A stretch of DNA of 64,000 bases from Phycisphaerae bacterium (lineage in GTDB: Bacteria; Planctomycetota; Phycisphaerae; UBA1845; Fen-1342). The DNA is taken from NCBI GenBank assembly GCA_963666925.2, contig CAXXTC010000007.1:160001-224000 (forward strand), read 5' to 3'. Each line of letters opens with the position of its first letter. The stretch's first letter is position 1. The translations under genes were made by a program, and so were the position numbers. The notes under the pieces were generated by a model. The model searched no databases and was not told where the DNA came from. It saw only the letters and a list, made by a program, of their open reading frames with translations. Positions 50,618 to 61,010 of the stretch are shown one piece after another.

Positions 50618-52555
50618 ATGAACATGCGAATTGGGATCGGGCTGAGGTTGTCCATCGTGGCAACGCTTGGAATCACGCTGGGGTCGGCTGCTGCTACTGC
50701 CGACATCCTCAACGTGCCGGCGGATTACGCCACCATACAGGTCGCAATAGACGCCGCCGTCGACGGCGACATCGTTGAAATCGCCGACGGCATCTACTCC
50801 GGCCAGGGTAACAACCACACCAGCTTCCTCGGCAAGGCCATCACCGTTCGCAGTGCCAGCGGCGATCCGAACGCCTGTGTTATCGACTGCACCGCCGGCG
50901 CCGGCCTGTGGATCGAGAACAATGAGACGGCCGCCTCGGTCATCACCGGCGTGAAGATCATCTCCGGCGGCATCCACATCGACGGGGCCCACCCGACCAT
51001 CACCAACTGCATCGTCGGCGAGGATTTCGACGGTGCCGGCATCCGCTGCTACAACAGCAGGGCCACCATCACCGATTGCACCCTCACTGAAAACTACACC
51101 ACCTACGGTGCTATCTACTGTCAGGAGAGCAGCCCGGTCATCACCGATTGCATCATCACCGGCAACGTGATGCACAACGACGGCGGCGGTATCTACTGCT
51201 ACAGAAGCAGCCATCCTCTCATCACCAACTGCACCATCACCAACAACACTGCCAGCAACGGCGGCGGCGTCGCTTGCAGCCAGGACAGCCACCCCACCCT
51301 CGTCAACTGCACTATCGACTCCAACACCGCAACCCGCTTCGGCGGCGGGCTCTACTCCGCCCACGACGCCGAGCCCACCCTCATCAATTGCTCCATCGAC
51401 AACAACACCGCCGATCGCAGCGGCGGCGGCGTGTGCTGCGAAGAGTACGGTAACGCGACCATCACAGATTGCACGATCAGATGCAATTACGCCACCGAGC
51501 ACGGCGGTGGCTTCTACTGTGTTACCGCCAGCGATCCCACCATCTCCGATACGCGCATCGAAGATAACGGCGCCGACGGCGACGGCGGCGGCGTTTATTC
51601 CTTCGACTACAGCAGCCCCAGCTTCAGCGACTGCACCATCCGCCTTAACGAGGCCGGCGATCAGGGTGGCGGCGTCTCCTGTGCTGAGCACGGCATCCCC
51701 CTCTTCGCCCACTGCGATATCAGCGCCAATACCGCAACCAACGACGCCGGCGGTATCTACACCCGCGGCCAGTGCGACCCCATCTTCAGCAATTGCACCA
51801 TCCGCGGAAATACCTGCGAGAATGGCAAGGGCGGCGGCATCTACTGCTTCATCAGCGACGCCCGCCTCACCGACTGCCTGATCACCGGCAACGCCGCCGG
51901 GGAGGCCGGCGGGGCCGCCTATGTACGCTACGTGTGCATCCCGAGATTCAATCGCTGCACGTTCGCACACAACGCCGGCACCGGTGCCTTCTGCTGCTCA
52001 CAGAGCACGCCTCGTCTGACGAATTGTGTTATCTGGTCCGGCGGGGTGCCGGAGCTCAGCGTTCACAGCTCCGGTACACCCATCGTCGAGTACTGCACCA
52101 TTCAGGGCGGCTGGGACGGGCCCGGCAACAGCTCCGCCGACCCTCTCTTCATGGACCCCGACGGGCCCGATAACGACCCCTCCTCCTGGGAGGATAACGA
52201 TTTCCGCCTCACCGCAAACTCACCCTGTGTCGATGCCGGCGATCCCGCATCACTCCCCGACCCCGGAACGCTCGACCTCGATGCCCACCTCCGCCTCTGG
52301 GACGGCGACGACGACGGTATCGCCATCGTCGACATGGGAGCTTACGAGTTCAACTCCACCGTCTACGGCGACACCAATTGCGATGGCTTCATCACCTTCG
52401 ATGATATCAGCCCGTTCGTAACCGCTGTTCTCGGCCCGGACGAATACGAAGCCGCCTATCCACACTGCAACTGGTTCACCGCCGACTGCGACCACAACGA
52501 CACGGTCAACTTCGAGGACATCAACCCCTTCGTGGAACTCCTCGCGTCCGAATAA
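50618..52555 (+). CDS. Secreted right-handed parallel beta-helix repeat protein with dockerin-like tag
   Basis: Signal peptide, VPADYATIQ.AI..A.DGD, many N.A..GGG.YC repeats, SPCVDAG, VDMGAYE, C-terminal GDTNCDG.ITFDDI. Confidence 0.88.
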   Translation: MNMRIGIGLRLSIVATLGITLGSAAATADILNVPADYATIQVAIDAAVDGDIVEIADGIYSGQGNNHTSFLGKAITVRSASGDPNACVIDCTAGAGLWIENNETAASVITGVKIISGGIHIDGAHPTITNCIVGEDFDGAGIRCYNSRATITDCTLTENYTTYGAIYCQESSPVITDCIITGNVMHNDGGGIYCYRSSHPLITNCTITNNTASNGGGVACSQDSHPTLVNCTIDSNTATRFGGGLYSAHDAEPTLINCSIDNNTADRSGGGVCCEEYGNATITDCTIRCNYATEHGGGFYCVTASDPTISDTRIEDNGADGDGGGVYSFDYSSPSFSDCTIRLNEAGDQGGGVSCAEHGIPLFAHCDISANTATNDAGGIYTRGQCDPIFSNCTIRGNTCENGKGGGIYCFISDARLTDCLITGNAAGEAGGAAYVRYVCIPRFNRCTFAHNAGTGAFCCSQSTPRLTNCVIWSGGVPELSVHSSGTPIVEYCTIQGGWDGPGNSSADPLFMDPDGPDNDPSSWEDNDFRLTANSPCVDAGDPASLPDPGTLDLDAHLRLWDGDDDGIAIVDMGAYEFNSTVYGDTNCDGFITFDDISPFVTAVLGPDEYEAAYPHCNWFTADCDHNDTVNFEDINPFVELLASE

Positions 52556-52590
52556 CCGCCGTGCTGCCGAATGGCCACCCATGTCTCAAT

Positions 52591-52619
52591 CTCCCCTCCC
52601 CTGACACGGGGGAGGGGAG
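52591..52619. repeat. REP-like inverted repeat or terminator
   Basis: CTCCCCTCCCC-TGACACG-GGGGAGGGGAG just downstream of the beta-helix gene. Confidence 0.55.
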
Positions 52620-52760
52620 TGAGGGAAAGGGGATCAGCTCGCGCAGCGCGAGGTCAATGACCGCGGCCATCGCCAGGAACCGTACACCATTGCCACCCCG
52701 GCTACGCCGTATAACCCTCGGTTCTTATCCTCCCGATTATCGGTCCTGCATATTTTCCCC

Positions 52761-52859
52761 CTGACAGAAACCGCCAATCTCCGCCAGCCAGCGACAGATT
52801 CCGACAGTAATCGCCAACCCTCTTTTCTCTGTCCCGCCGCCCTATATTTGTGCTATTAT
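52761..52859 (+). promoter_or_regulatory. 10-bp-phased hexamer array (copy B) plus extended -10-like element upstream of the gingipain-like gene
   Basis: CTGACA, CCGCCA, CCGCCA, GCGACA, CCGACA, TCGCCA at exact 10-bp spacing (52761-52816); TGCTATTAT at 52851-52859. Confidence 0.6.
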
Positions 52860-53091
52860 ATCACTGTTCGACTGGGACGAGATCGGCCAACAGGTGCCAA
52901 CGTCCGGTCACTGTAAGTTAGTAAGCGCTTGGGATGGTCACAATCAACCTGTTCGTCGGATATTGACGACTTATGCTTTGGTCGCGCCGATTCCGCGCCG
53001 TGATGGACGCTATATCTTCAGATAAAAACCGCCGCCATGTATAGACGGCATAGTCTGTGTTCCCGCTTGACTTTGAAAAAGGAGCGTTTCA

Positions 53092-56000
53092 ATGAGATCG
53101 AGGTTCGCTTTTGCAATGGCAGCGGCCCTGCTGTTGGCCACAGGATGGGCTCATGCCGATACTTGGGCCACGACCGATTCAAACGGTGATGTAGTTATCA
53201 CCCAGTCCGACGCCCAGGTTCCGTCGGTCGTCGTCGAGTATTCCGATCTTACCGGGCTACGCGTCGACGTTACGACCACGGGCCTCACCATCAAGACGCA
53301 TGAGAACAAACTCGGACGGTTCACCGAGATCGGTTGGCCCCAGGCCCCAACCGCCGGCGACATCGGCGCTCCCGCCCTCCCGGTCGTTCGGCGTCTGGTT
53401 GCCATCCCCGCCGGCGCTACCGCCGATGTGTTTTGCCACCTCGGCGACGCCGTCGTCATGGATGCCAAGACCTTTGGCCAGGGCTTCATGCTCTATCCGG
53501 TCCAGCCGCCTGTCGAGAAGATCCCCGGCGCAATCGAAAACGCCGAGTTCGTCATCGACAAGTACGCCTATGACCAGGACGCGTTCTTCTGCGAGCAGCC
53601 CGCCGTCCTCGATGAGCTCGGCTCGGCCCGCGGCCAGCGACTCGCCGTCCTCGAGATCCACCCCGTCAGCTACAATCCCACCACCGGCGTCGTTCAATAC
53701 TACCCCAACATGAACGTCGCGGTCCGCTTCACGGGCAGCTCTATCCCCCGTGACGCCCTCAGGCCGCTGCCTGGTATCCGTGGCACCGTCCTCAACCCCG
53801 AGGTCGTCCCGACCGTGTCGATGCGCGGCTCCGGCGATTACCTGATCGTTACCGCTGAGGACTTCGCCAGCGACATCGCCGCCTTCGCCACCGCCAAGGC
53901 TGCCCAGGGATACACGGTTTCTACATACACCGTGCCGTCGGGAAGTTCCGCTACCGCCATCCGTAACTACATCATCAGTCAGGTTCCCGATTACGTCCTG
54001 CTCGTCGGCGACACCGACACCATCCCGAGTTTCACCGGGGTTGGCGAGGGCTCACCCGACACCGACCTCAACTACTCCATGCTGGACAGCGGTGACTATC
54101 TCCCCGATCTCGCCCTCGGGCGGTTCTCGGCGCGTGACGCGACCACTCTCCAGGCCATTATCGACAAGACGCTCGCCTACGAGAACGGTCCGCTTAGCGA
54201 TCCGGATTACCTCAAGCGCGCCGTCTTCATGGCCTCTGAGGACAACTACGACATTACTGAAGGTACCCATAACTACGTAATCGACACGTGGCTCGAACCA
54301 AACGAGTACACCTGCGACAAGCTTTACTCCCATACGTACAATGCCACCGCCGAGCAGGTGCGGACGGCTTTCAACGACGGCCGCTTCTACGGCATCTTCA
54401 GTGGTCACGGCGCTTCCACCTACTGGGCCGATGGCCCCGAGTTCCACGAGGAAGATGTCGAGGCCTTGACCAACATGGGCATGTATTCACTGATTTGCAG
54501 TTTCTCCTGCAGCACCGGTGATTATGCCTACCTCGACGAGTGCTTCATGGAGACCTGGATTCGTTCGGCCGGCAACGCCGCCTGCTCCGCCTGGGGTTCC
54601 TCGGTTAGCAGCTACTGGACCGAAGACGACATCCTCGAACGCGTCCTCTTCGACGCCATCTTCGATGACACCGACGACGTCGTCTCCGAAATCGGCCCGC
54701 TCTACAACGAGTCCAAGGTGCGCTTCATTGCTCACTTCGGCGATGACAGTACTACACGCCGGTACTTCGAGATGTACAACCTGATGGGCGATCCGGCCCT
54801 GTCGTTGCCCGGTGCCTGCTCCGATGCCGGTACCGTCCAGCTCGACGGTGCCAAGTACGCTTGCGAAGACCAGGTGCTCGTGCGCGTCGTCGATTGCGGG
54901 CTCAACCTCGACGACAACGTCGCCGAGACCGTCGAAGTTGCCGTGGACTCCGAATCCGAAGTCGGCGTCGAGACCGCGCTCCTGACGGAGACCACGCCGA
55001 ACTCGGCCACCTTCGAAGGTGTCAAGTTCATCAGCACGACTGATGCTCCCGGCGTCCTGCTGGTCGCCGAAGGCAACAAGGTTGCAGTTACCTACATCGA
55101 TGCTGACGATGGCCAGGGTGGCACCGACGTAGAGGTCTACGCGACCGCCGACGTCGATTGCACCCCGCCCACGATCAGCAACGTTCAGGTTCTCGAGGTC
55201 GAGCCCCGCGATGCCACCATCGGTTTCGATACCGACGAAGTGGCTCAGGGTGTCGTCTGGTACGGTCTGAGCTGTGACGCACTGGACAACAGTGCCATGG
55301 GCGGCTTCTCCGCCACCCCGACCGTGGCCATTACTGGTCTCCAGGACAACATGACCTACTTCTTCATGGTCGAAGCGGTTGATGAGGCCGGCAACGTCTG
55401 CACTGATCCGCAGTGCTACATGTTCACCACGCCGGAGGTGCCGGACTTCTTCACCGAGCTGTTCGAGACTGACTTTGACTTGGCCGGCCTGAGCCTGATG
55501 TTCGTGCCGGGCAATCCGACCGACTTCTACACCGGCTGCGTTGTCGGTGAGATCACCAGCCTGCCGACCGATCCGGCCGGCGGCACCACCGTCTCGCTGG
55601 GTGATGATGCCAGCACGGAAGTCTCCATTACCGGCGGCAACACCGTGTCCCTCTATGGTGTCAGCTACAGCAGTTTCTACATTTGCAGCAACGGCTACAT
55701 CACCTTCGGCACCTCGGACACGACCTACTCCGAGACGCTCGAAGACCACTTCAGCCTGCCGCGGATCGCGGGTATCTTTGATGACTTCAACCCCAGCAGC
55801 GGCGGCACGGTCAGCTATGAGCAATTGGCCGACCGCATGGTGGTTACGTGGGACGGCATCCCCGAGTACAGCGAAAGCAACAGCAGCACCTTCCAGGTGG
55901 AGATGTACTTCGACGGCACGATTGTGTTGAGTTACCTGGACGTCGCGGTTGTGGACGGCCTGGTCGGTCTGTCTGAAGGCGAAGGCCTGGATCCGGACTA

Positions 56001-57081
56001 CTTCGAGTCGGATCTGTCGAACATGCCGAGTTGTGGTCCGCGGCCGCCGTACGCGGCGGGCGATGAAGTCCTCACCGACGTCAACGAGCCGGTCGACATC
56101 GAGCTGCTGGCCAGCGACGACGGTCTGCCCGATCCGCCAGCGGCGCTGACTTACACGATCGTGTCGTTGCCGGAGCACGGCGACCTGAGCGATCCGGACG
56201 GCGGCGTGATTGACGCGGTGCCGTACACGCTGATTGCCGGGAACATGGTGAATTACGCCCCGGATTACGCTTACACCGGCCCGGATGCGTTTACGTTCAT
56301 GGTCAACGACGGCGGCACCCCGCCGGACGGCGGCGACTCGAACGTGGCGACGATCAGCATCACGGTTGGTGGCCCGCAGCCGGTACACGTCTTCATGCTG
56401 GACGAGGATCCGGACTGGAGCGTCGAAGGCGAGTGGGCCTTTGGTGTTCCGACCGGCGGCGGCTCACACAACTACGATCCGACCAGTGGTTACACCGGCG
56501 ACAATGTCTACGGTTACAACCTGGCCGGTGACTATGAGAATGAGATTCCGGAATACGCGTTGACGACGACTGCCATTGACTGTAGCGACATGACCGGCGT
56601 CGAGCTGCGTTTCTGGCGTTGGTTGGGTGTCGAGTCGGCGACGTGGGATCACGCCAACGTGCAGGTGTCCAATGACGGGACGACCTGGACGATGGTGTGG
56701 GAGCACACGGACAGCTCGATCAGTGACACGTCGTGGTCGCAGCAGGTGTTCGACATCTCAGGTGTTGCGGACAACGCAGCGACCGTATACGTGCGCTGGG
56801 TCATGGGCGAGACGGACACGTCGGTGACGTATCCGGGCTGGAACATTGATGACATTGAGCTGTGGGGTGTGGTTCCGTTCGAGGTTGCCACGGGCGACCT
56901 GAACTGCGACGGCTACGTCAACTTCGATGACATCAATCCGTTCGTGACGGCGATGGTTGGCCAGGCGGAGTACGAGGCAGCCTATCCGGACTGCAACTGG
57001 CTGAACGGTGATACTGACGCCAACGGTACGGTGAACTTCGACGACATCGACGGCTTCGTCGAGTTGCTGGCCGGCAAGTAG
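53092..57081 (+). CDS. Gingipain-like C25 cysteine peptidase with propeptide, Ig/FN3-like, NIDO-like and cadherin-like modules and dockerin-like tag
   Basis: GAPALPVVRRLVAIP propeptide, YVLLVGD, PDLALGRFS, SGHG and SFSC catalytic motifs, YNLMGDPAL; C-terminal GDLNCDGYVNFDDI. Confidence 0.92.
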   Translation: MRSRFAFAMAAALLLATGWAHADTWATTDSNGDVVITQSDAQVPSVVVEYSDLTGLRVDVTTTGLTIKTHENKLGRFTEIGWPQAPTAGDIGAPALPVVRRLVAIPAGATADVFCHLGDAVVMDAKTFGQGFMLYPVQPPVEKIPGAIENAEFVIDKYAYDQDAFFCEQPAVLDELGSARGQRLAVLEIHPVSYNPTTGVVQYYPNMNVAVRFTGSSIPRDALRPLPGIRGTVLNPEVVPTVSMRGSGDYLIVTAEDFASDIAAFATAKAAQGYTVSTYTVPSGSSATAIRNYIISQVPDYVLLVGDTDTIPSFTGVGEGSPDTDLNYSMLDSGDYLPDLALGRFSARDATTLQAIIDKTLAYENGPLSDPDYLKRAVFMASEDNYDITEGTHNYVIDTWLEPNEYTCDKLYSHTYNATAEQVRTAFNDGRFYGIFSGHGASTYWADGPEFHEEDVEALTNMGMYSLICSFSCSTGDYAYLDECFMETWIRSAGNAACSAWGSSVSSYWTEDDILERVLFDAIFDDTDDVVSEIGPLYNESKVRFIAHFGDDSTTRRYFEMYNLMGDPALSLPGACSDAGTVQLDGAKYACEDQVLVRVVDCGLNLDDNVAETVEVAVDSESEVGVETALLTETTPNSATFEGVKFISTTDAPGVLLVAEGNKVAVTYIDADDGQGGTDVEVYATADVDCTPPTISNVQVLEVEPRDATIGFDTDEVAQGVVWYGLSCDALDNSAMGGFSATPTVAITGLQDNMTYFFMVEAVDEAGNVCTDPQCYMFTTPEVPDFFTELFETDFDLAGLSLMFVPGNPTDFYTGCVVGEITSLPTDPAGGTTVSLGDDASTEVSITGGNTVSLYGVSYSSFYICSNGYITFGTSDTTYSETLEDHFSLPRIAGIFDDFNPSSGGTVSYEQLADRMVVTWDGIPEYSESNSSTFQVEMYFDGTIVLSYLDVAVVDGLVGLSEGEGLDPDYFESDLSNMPSCGPRPPYAAGDEVLTDVNEPVDIELLASDDGLPDPPAALTYTIVSLPEHGDLSDPDGGVIDAVPYTLIAGNMVNYAPDYAYTGPDAFTFMVNDGGTPPDGGDSNVATISITVGGPQPVHVFMLDEDPDWSVEGEWAFGVPTGGGSHNYDPTSGYTGDNVYGYNLAGDYENEIPEYALTTTAIDCSDMTGVELRFWRWLGVESATWDHANVQVSNDGTTWTMVWEHTDSSISDTSWSQQVFDISGVADNAATVYVRWVMGETDTSVTYPGWNIDDIELWGVVPFEVATGDLNCDGYVNFDDINPFVTAMVGQAEYEAAYPDCNWLNGDTDANGTVNFDDIDGFVELLAGK

Positions 57082-57134
57082 TCATTGACGTTCGCACGCT
57101 GACGGGCTATGGCCCGTGAGCGTGAAGACCAAAC

Positions 57135-57177
57135 GAGCCCGCGCTTCGGGATGAACTGACCCGGGGCGCGGGCTTTC
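57135..57177 (+). terminator. Probable intrinsic terminator
   Basis: AGCCCGCGCTTCGGG...CCCGGGGCGCGGGCT-TTC. Confidence 0.65.
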
Positions 57178-57317
57178 GTATTGCGCGGGAGTGCGGGCAG
57201 GGGAGTGGTGCATGGGTTCACCGCGGGGGCGTGGGGCTGGTTCCAAACTTCGCGTGGGATTGGAAGTGCCAAATGGGTTCGGTGCGGTTATGCTGCTGTT
57301 GGAGTGAATCGGTGCAT

Positions 57318-57524
57318 ATGGTAGTTGGCCCCGCCACATTCACGGTTTTGCTAGTTGTCGGTCTGATGCTGATCGCCGGTGCTTTGGTGCTGGCGTCGGG
57401 GCGCAAGGCCGGCGGGCGGCGTATCGGCCCAGCCCGCTGCTCTCGTTGCCAGCATCGTAACCGGAGGAGCGCACGTTTTTGTGCTCGTTGCGGCGAAAGC
57501 CTGGATGTTGGGCGGCGCGGCTAG
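57318..57524 (+). CDS. Small membrane protein with zinc ribbon
   Basis: TM helix, then CSRC...ARFCARCG. Confidence 0.7.
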   Translation: MVVGPATFTVLLVVGLMLIAGALVLASGRKAGGRRIGPARCSRCQHRNRRSARFCARCGESLDVGRRG

Positions 57525-57589
57525 GGCAGTTTCACTTTCTGTGCGTTGCCGAGGCCGGTGTCGCCGATGCCTGAGGATGTACTGCTCAA

Positions 57590-57726
57590 GAGCAGGCCGC
57601 ATGTACTTCGTACACCATCCAGGTATGAAAGCTGAGCCGGTTTCATAGCCGTGGCATTGGGGTTCGTTGCCGGCATGACTCACCGGTTAAAAACCGGTGC
57701 CACAGGTATTCGAAACCTGTGCCACA
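57590..57726 (+). repeat. Dispersed intergenic repeat, copy 2, with a second REP-like palindrome
   Basis: Matches 7997-8113, followed by CACAGGTATTCGAAACCTGTGCCACA. Confidence 0.85.
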
Positions 57727-57765
57727 ATCTCGTGACCCGGGCCGGTTTTAGCAGATGAAGGGAGA

Positions 57766-59355
57766 ATGACCATGGCAGTTATCCCGCCGCCCCCGGAAGA
57801 GTGGGGGCCGTTCAAGAGGCTGAGAGTGTCTGGACGGGGTCGTGTTTCGGCGTTGATGCTGGGCGTGGGGGGTGTGCTGGCGGTGGTTGTGCTGGCGTTC
57901 TGCTACGTGTGGTTCGTTATGCGTGTTGAGGTTCGTGCGGGCGAAGTTCTGGTGCTGGTTCGCAAGGTTGGCGAGCAGTTGCCGGGATCGGTGGACACGC
58001 AGACCGTATTATACCCAGCGCTGCTGGACTCGTTGAACGAGCCGGCCGATTCGTGCCGCTACAAGGGCATCATGTACGACGTGTTGTCGGAGGGGCGTTA
58101 CTTTTACGACCCGTTTCTCTGGGAACGGAGAACATTTCCGTCAGTGATCATTGGCCAGGATGAGGTTGGGTTGCTGGTGCGCAAGTATGGCCAGCCGTTG
58201 CCTCCGGGCAAGATCGTGGCGACGGGGCCGGAGGAGCGCGGTCCGCTGGCCGAGGTGCTGATGCCGGGGCGTTACAACATCAACCCGTATGCGTATGACC
58301 TGCGGCGGGTGGTGCCGGAGGAGGTTCCGGCCGGCTTCGTGGGTGTGCAGCGTTTGTACCATGGCCATCCGGCGGCGGACCCGAACGGGTGGACGGTGGC
58401 GAGTGGCGAGATAGGTGTGCAGCCCGATGTGCTGCCGCCGGGGCGTTATTACAACAACCCGTATGCGCGTCAGATCAACCTGATCGATGTGCGCAGTCAC
58501 ACGCTGGATTTGCGTGACGAGGGTGCCATTCGATTTCCGTCGGCGGACAGTTTCGAGATTGTGCTGGAAGCGACGGTTGAGTATGCGATTCGGCAGGACA
58601 TGGCGCCGTACGTGATGGTGGCGATCGGCGATCATTCGGACATCGAGGACAAGCTGATTCTGCCTTATGCGCGGTCGCTTTCTCGTATCGAGGGGTCGAA
58701 GCTGCTGGCGCGTGAATTTATCAGCGGCGAGACGCGGCAGGCGTTTCAGAACGCGTTTTTCCAGGGTTTGCGTGACCAGTGTGCGGCGCAGGGGATCGAG
58801 ATCAAGGCGACGCCGATTCGGCGGATCGAGCCGCCGGCCGCGATTGCCAACCCGATCTCGGATCGCCAAATCGCGGATCAGCGGATCAAGCAATACGAAA
58901 ACGAGATCAAGCTAGCGGAATCGCAGGCGAAGCTGGTTGAGCAGGAGGAGATGCAGCAGCAGCAGCAGGCGATCGGTCTGGCGCAGGTGGGGGTGGTGGG
59001 GGAGGTTACCGATGCGGACAAGCGCAAGGCGGTGGCGTTGCTGGAGGCCCAGCAGGAGTTGGAAGTGGCCAAGCTGCACCTGAAGGAGGCGGAGGAGCGG
59101 TCGGCGGCGATCTTGTCGCGTGGCCAGGCGGAGGCGGAGGTGTTGTTGTTGAAGTACCAGGCCGAGGCTGAGCCGCTGCGTTCGGCGGTGGCAGCGTTTG
59201 GTGGTGGGGATACGTATGCGCAGCACTTCTTTTACCAGAAGCTTGGGCCGGCGTTGAAGTCGATCCTGGCGAGTACAGACGGCCCGCTGGCGGATGTATT
59301 CCGCGCGTTGGGCAATCCTGTGCAGGCCCCGGCTACGGAAGGAGGTGCCGAATGA
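57766..59355 (+). CDS. SPFH/band-7 domain membrane protein A
   Basis: TM, three (P/E)GRY..(N/D)P repeats, FPSADSFEI, C-terminal coiled coil with AEA motifs. Confidence 0.85.
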   Translation: MTMAVIPPPPEEWGPFKRLRVSGRGRVSALMLGVGGVLAVVVLAFCYVWFVMRVEVRAGEVLVLVRKVGEQLPGSVDTQTVLYPALLDSLNEPADSCRYKGIMYDVLSEGRYFYDPFLWERRTFPSVIIGQDEVGLLVRKYGQPLPPGKIVATGPEERGPLAEVLMPGRYNINPYAYDLRRVVPEEVPAGFVGVQRLYHGHPAADPNGWTVASGEIGVQPDVLPPGRYYNNPYARQINLIDVRSHTLDLRDEGAIRFPSADSFEIVLEATVEYAIRQDMAPYVMVAIGDHSDIEDKLILPYARSLSRIEGSKLLAREFISGETRQAFQNAFFQGLRDQCAAQGIEIKATPIRRIEPPAAIANPISDRQIADQRIKQYENEIKLAESQAKLVEQEEMQQQQQAIGLAQVGVVGEVTDADKRKAVALLEAQQELEVAKLHLKEAEERSAAILSRGQAEAEVLLLKYQAEAEPLRSAVAAFGGGDTYAQHFFYQKLGPALKSILASTDGPLADVFRALGNPVQAPATEGGAE

Positions 59356-61010
59356 TCAAGCGTGTTGTTGTCATCGCGATTGGCGGCGTGCTGATAGTTG
59401 GGGCTTCGGTGCTGGCGTTTGCGTGGACGGCTTGCCGGGTGTATGTGGGGCCTGACCAGTGCCTGGTGCGGATCCGCCGGACGGGTGAGCGGTTGCTGCC
59501 GGGGCAGAAGATTGCCGAAGCTGGTCAGCGTGGTATCCAGCGTGATGCGTTGGGTCCGGGCCGTTATTTCCTGAACCCGTGGGTGTGGGAGTGGGAGGTT
59601 ACTCCGCTGGTGGAGATTTCGGCAGGCGATCCGTCTACCTGGCGTGAGGTGTGGGCGGCGGGTGACCCGGATTATGCGGTGCCCGAGCTGAAGGGCGATT
59701 GGCCGGAGGTCGGCATCGTCACGAGCCTGGCGGGCAAGAAGTGGGAAGAGGAATCGGAGGTGGTAAACGAGGGTTTCCAGGGTGTGCAGCGACTGGTGCT
59801 GACGCCCGGGACCTATCGGCTCAATCCGCGAGCATACAAGGTTGAGCGTGTGCCGGCGCATGTTGTGCCGCTGGGCTGCGTGGGGGTGGTGACGTCGTTG
59901 CTGGGCGATATGCCGGGCGTCGAGACGATCGAGGAGGCGAGCATTGGCCCGGATGGCGAGCCGATCACGCGTCCGCGCGTGGTTCAGAAGCTGGCCAGCG
60001 AGGGGCAGCGTGGCGTGTTGCGCGACGTGTTGCAGCCGGGGATCTACTATCTGAATCCGAAGGTCTACCGTGTGAAGAACGTGCAGATCGGGTTTAACCA
60101 GTTATCGCAACTTCGCACGGGCGACCTGGCGACCAGTATCTATTTTCCGTCGGAGGACGGCTTCACGATCCAGGTGGAGATCACGGTTGTGTGGGGGCGT
60201 CATCCGGCGCACACGCCGGAGATGATTAGCCGGCTGGGCGATATCGGCAAGATTCGCGAGATTATCCTCGGTCAGATGCGCAGCATCTGTCGCAACGTCG
60301 GGTCGCAGTATATCAGCACGGATTTCATCCAGGGCGATAAGCGTGAGCAGTATCAGCAGATGGTCACGGAGACGCTGCGGCGTGTCTGTCGCGAGCGCAA
60401 CATTGAATTGCTTATTGCGTTGATTCAGAACATCGAGGTTTCGGGCGGTACCGCGCCGACGGGCGAGGGAATGGACCTGAAGCAGACGATCCAGCGTGGT
60501 TATATTGCGCGCGAGGAGGATCTGACGCGTCAGAAGCAGCAGGAATCTGCCCGGGTGCGGGCGGACTTGGTGACGGCCGAGGCGCAGATCGAGGTTGCTC
60601 GCAAGCGGGTCAGCGCCGAGACGGAGAAGAAGGTTGCCGAGATTCATGCCGAGGGCAACAAGCAGGCGGCGGAGATCGATGCGCAGCGCGACTACGAGGT
60701 GGCGCAGGTTGAGCGGCAGATTGCCGAGCTGGAAGCTCAGCGGACGGTGACACTGGGGCGAGCGGAAGCTCAGGTTGAGAAGCTGTTGCAGCAGGCCGAC
60801 GCGGATGGTCGGCGTTTGCTGGTTGGTGCCTTTGGCAGCGGTCGGGCGTATAACCTGTACACGTTTGCGGAGGAGTTTTCGCCGGAGAGCATTCGGCTGA
60901 TCTTTGCCGGCGAGGGGACGTTCTGGACGGACCTGAAGCAGGCGCAGGAGGCGTCGTCGTTTGAGCTGTTGCGGGAGCAGAACCAGCCACCACCCGGCAA
61001 GCGTAAGTGA
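59352..61010 (+). CDS. SPFH/band-7 domain membrane protein B
   Basis: TM, three PG.Y.LNP repeats, FPSEDGFTI, coiled coil; ATGA overlap with gene A. Confidence 0.85.
   Translation: MIKRVVVIAIGGVLIVGASVLAFAWTACRVYVGPDQCLVRIRRTGERLLPGQKIAEAGQRGIQRDALGPGRYFLNPWVWEWEVTPLVEISAGDPSTWREVWAAGDPDYAVPELKGDWPEVGIVTSLAGKKWEEESEVVNEGFQGVQRLVLTPGTYRLNPRAYKVERVPAHVVPLGCVGVVTSLLGDMPGVETIEEASIGPDGEPITRPRVVQKLASEGQRGVLRDVLQPGIYYLNPKVYRVKNVQIGFNQLSQLRTGDLATSIYFPSEDGFTIQVEITVVWGRHPAHTPEMISRLGDIGKIREIILGQMRSICRNVGSQYISTDFIQGDKREQYQQMVTETLRRVCRERNIELLIALIQNIEVSGGTAPTGEGMDLKQTIQRGYIAREEDLTRQKQQESARVRADLVTAEAQIEVARKRVSAETEKKVAEIHAEGNKQAAEIDAQRDYEVAQVERQIAELEAQRTVTLGRAEAQVEKLLQQADADGRRLLVGAFGSGRAYNLYTFAEEFSPESIRLIFAGEGTFWTDLKQAQEASSFELLREQNQPPPGKRK

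Noticed and set aside
50336..51970. 544-aa antisense ORF opposite the beta-helix gene
   Set aside because: Mirror of the repetitive sense-strand gene, which has the RBS, signal peptide and family motifs.
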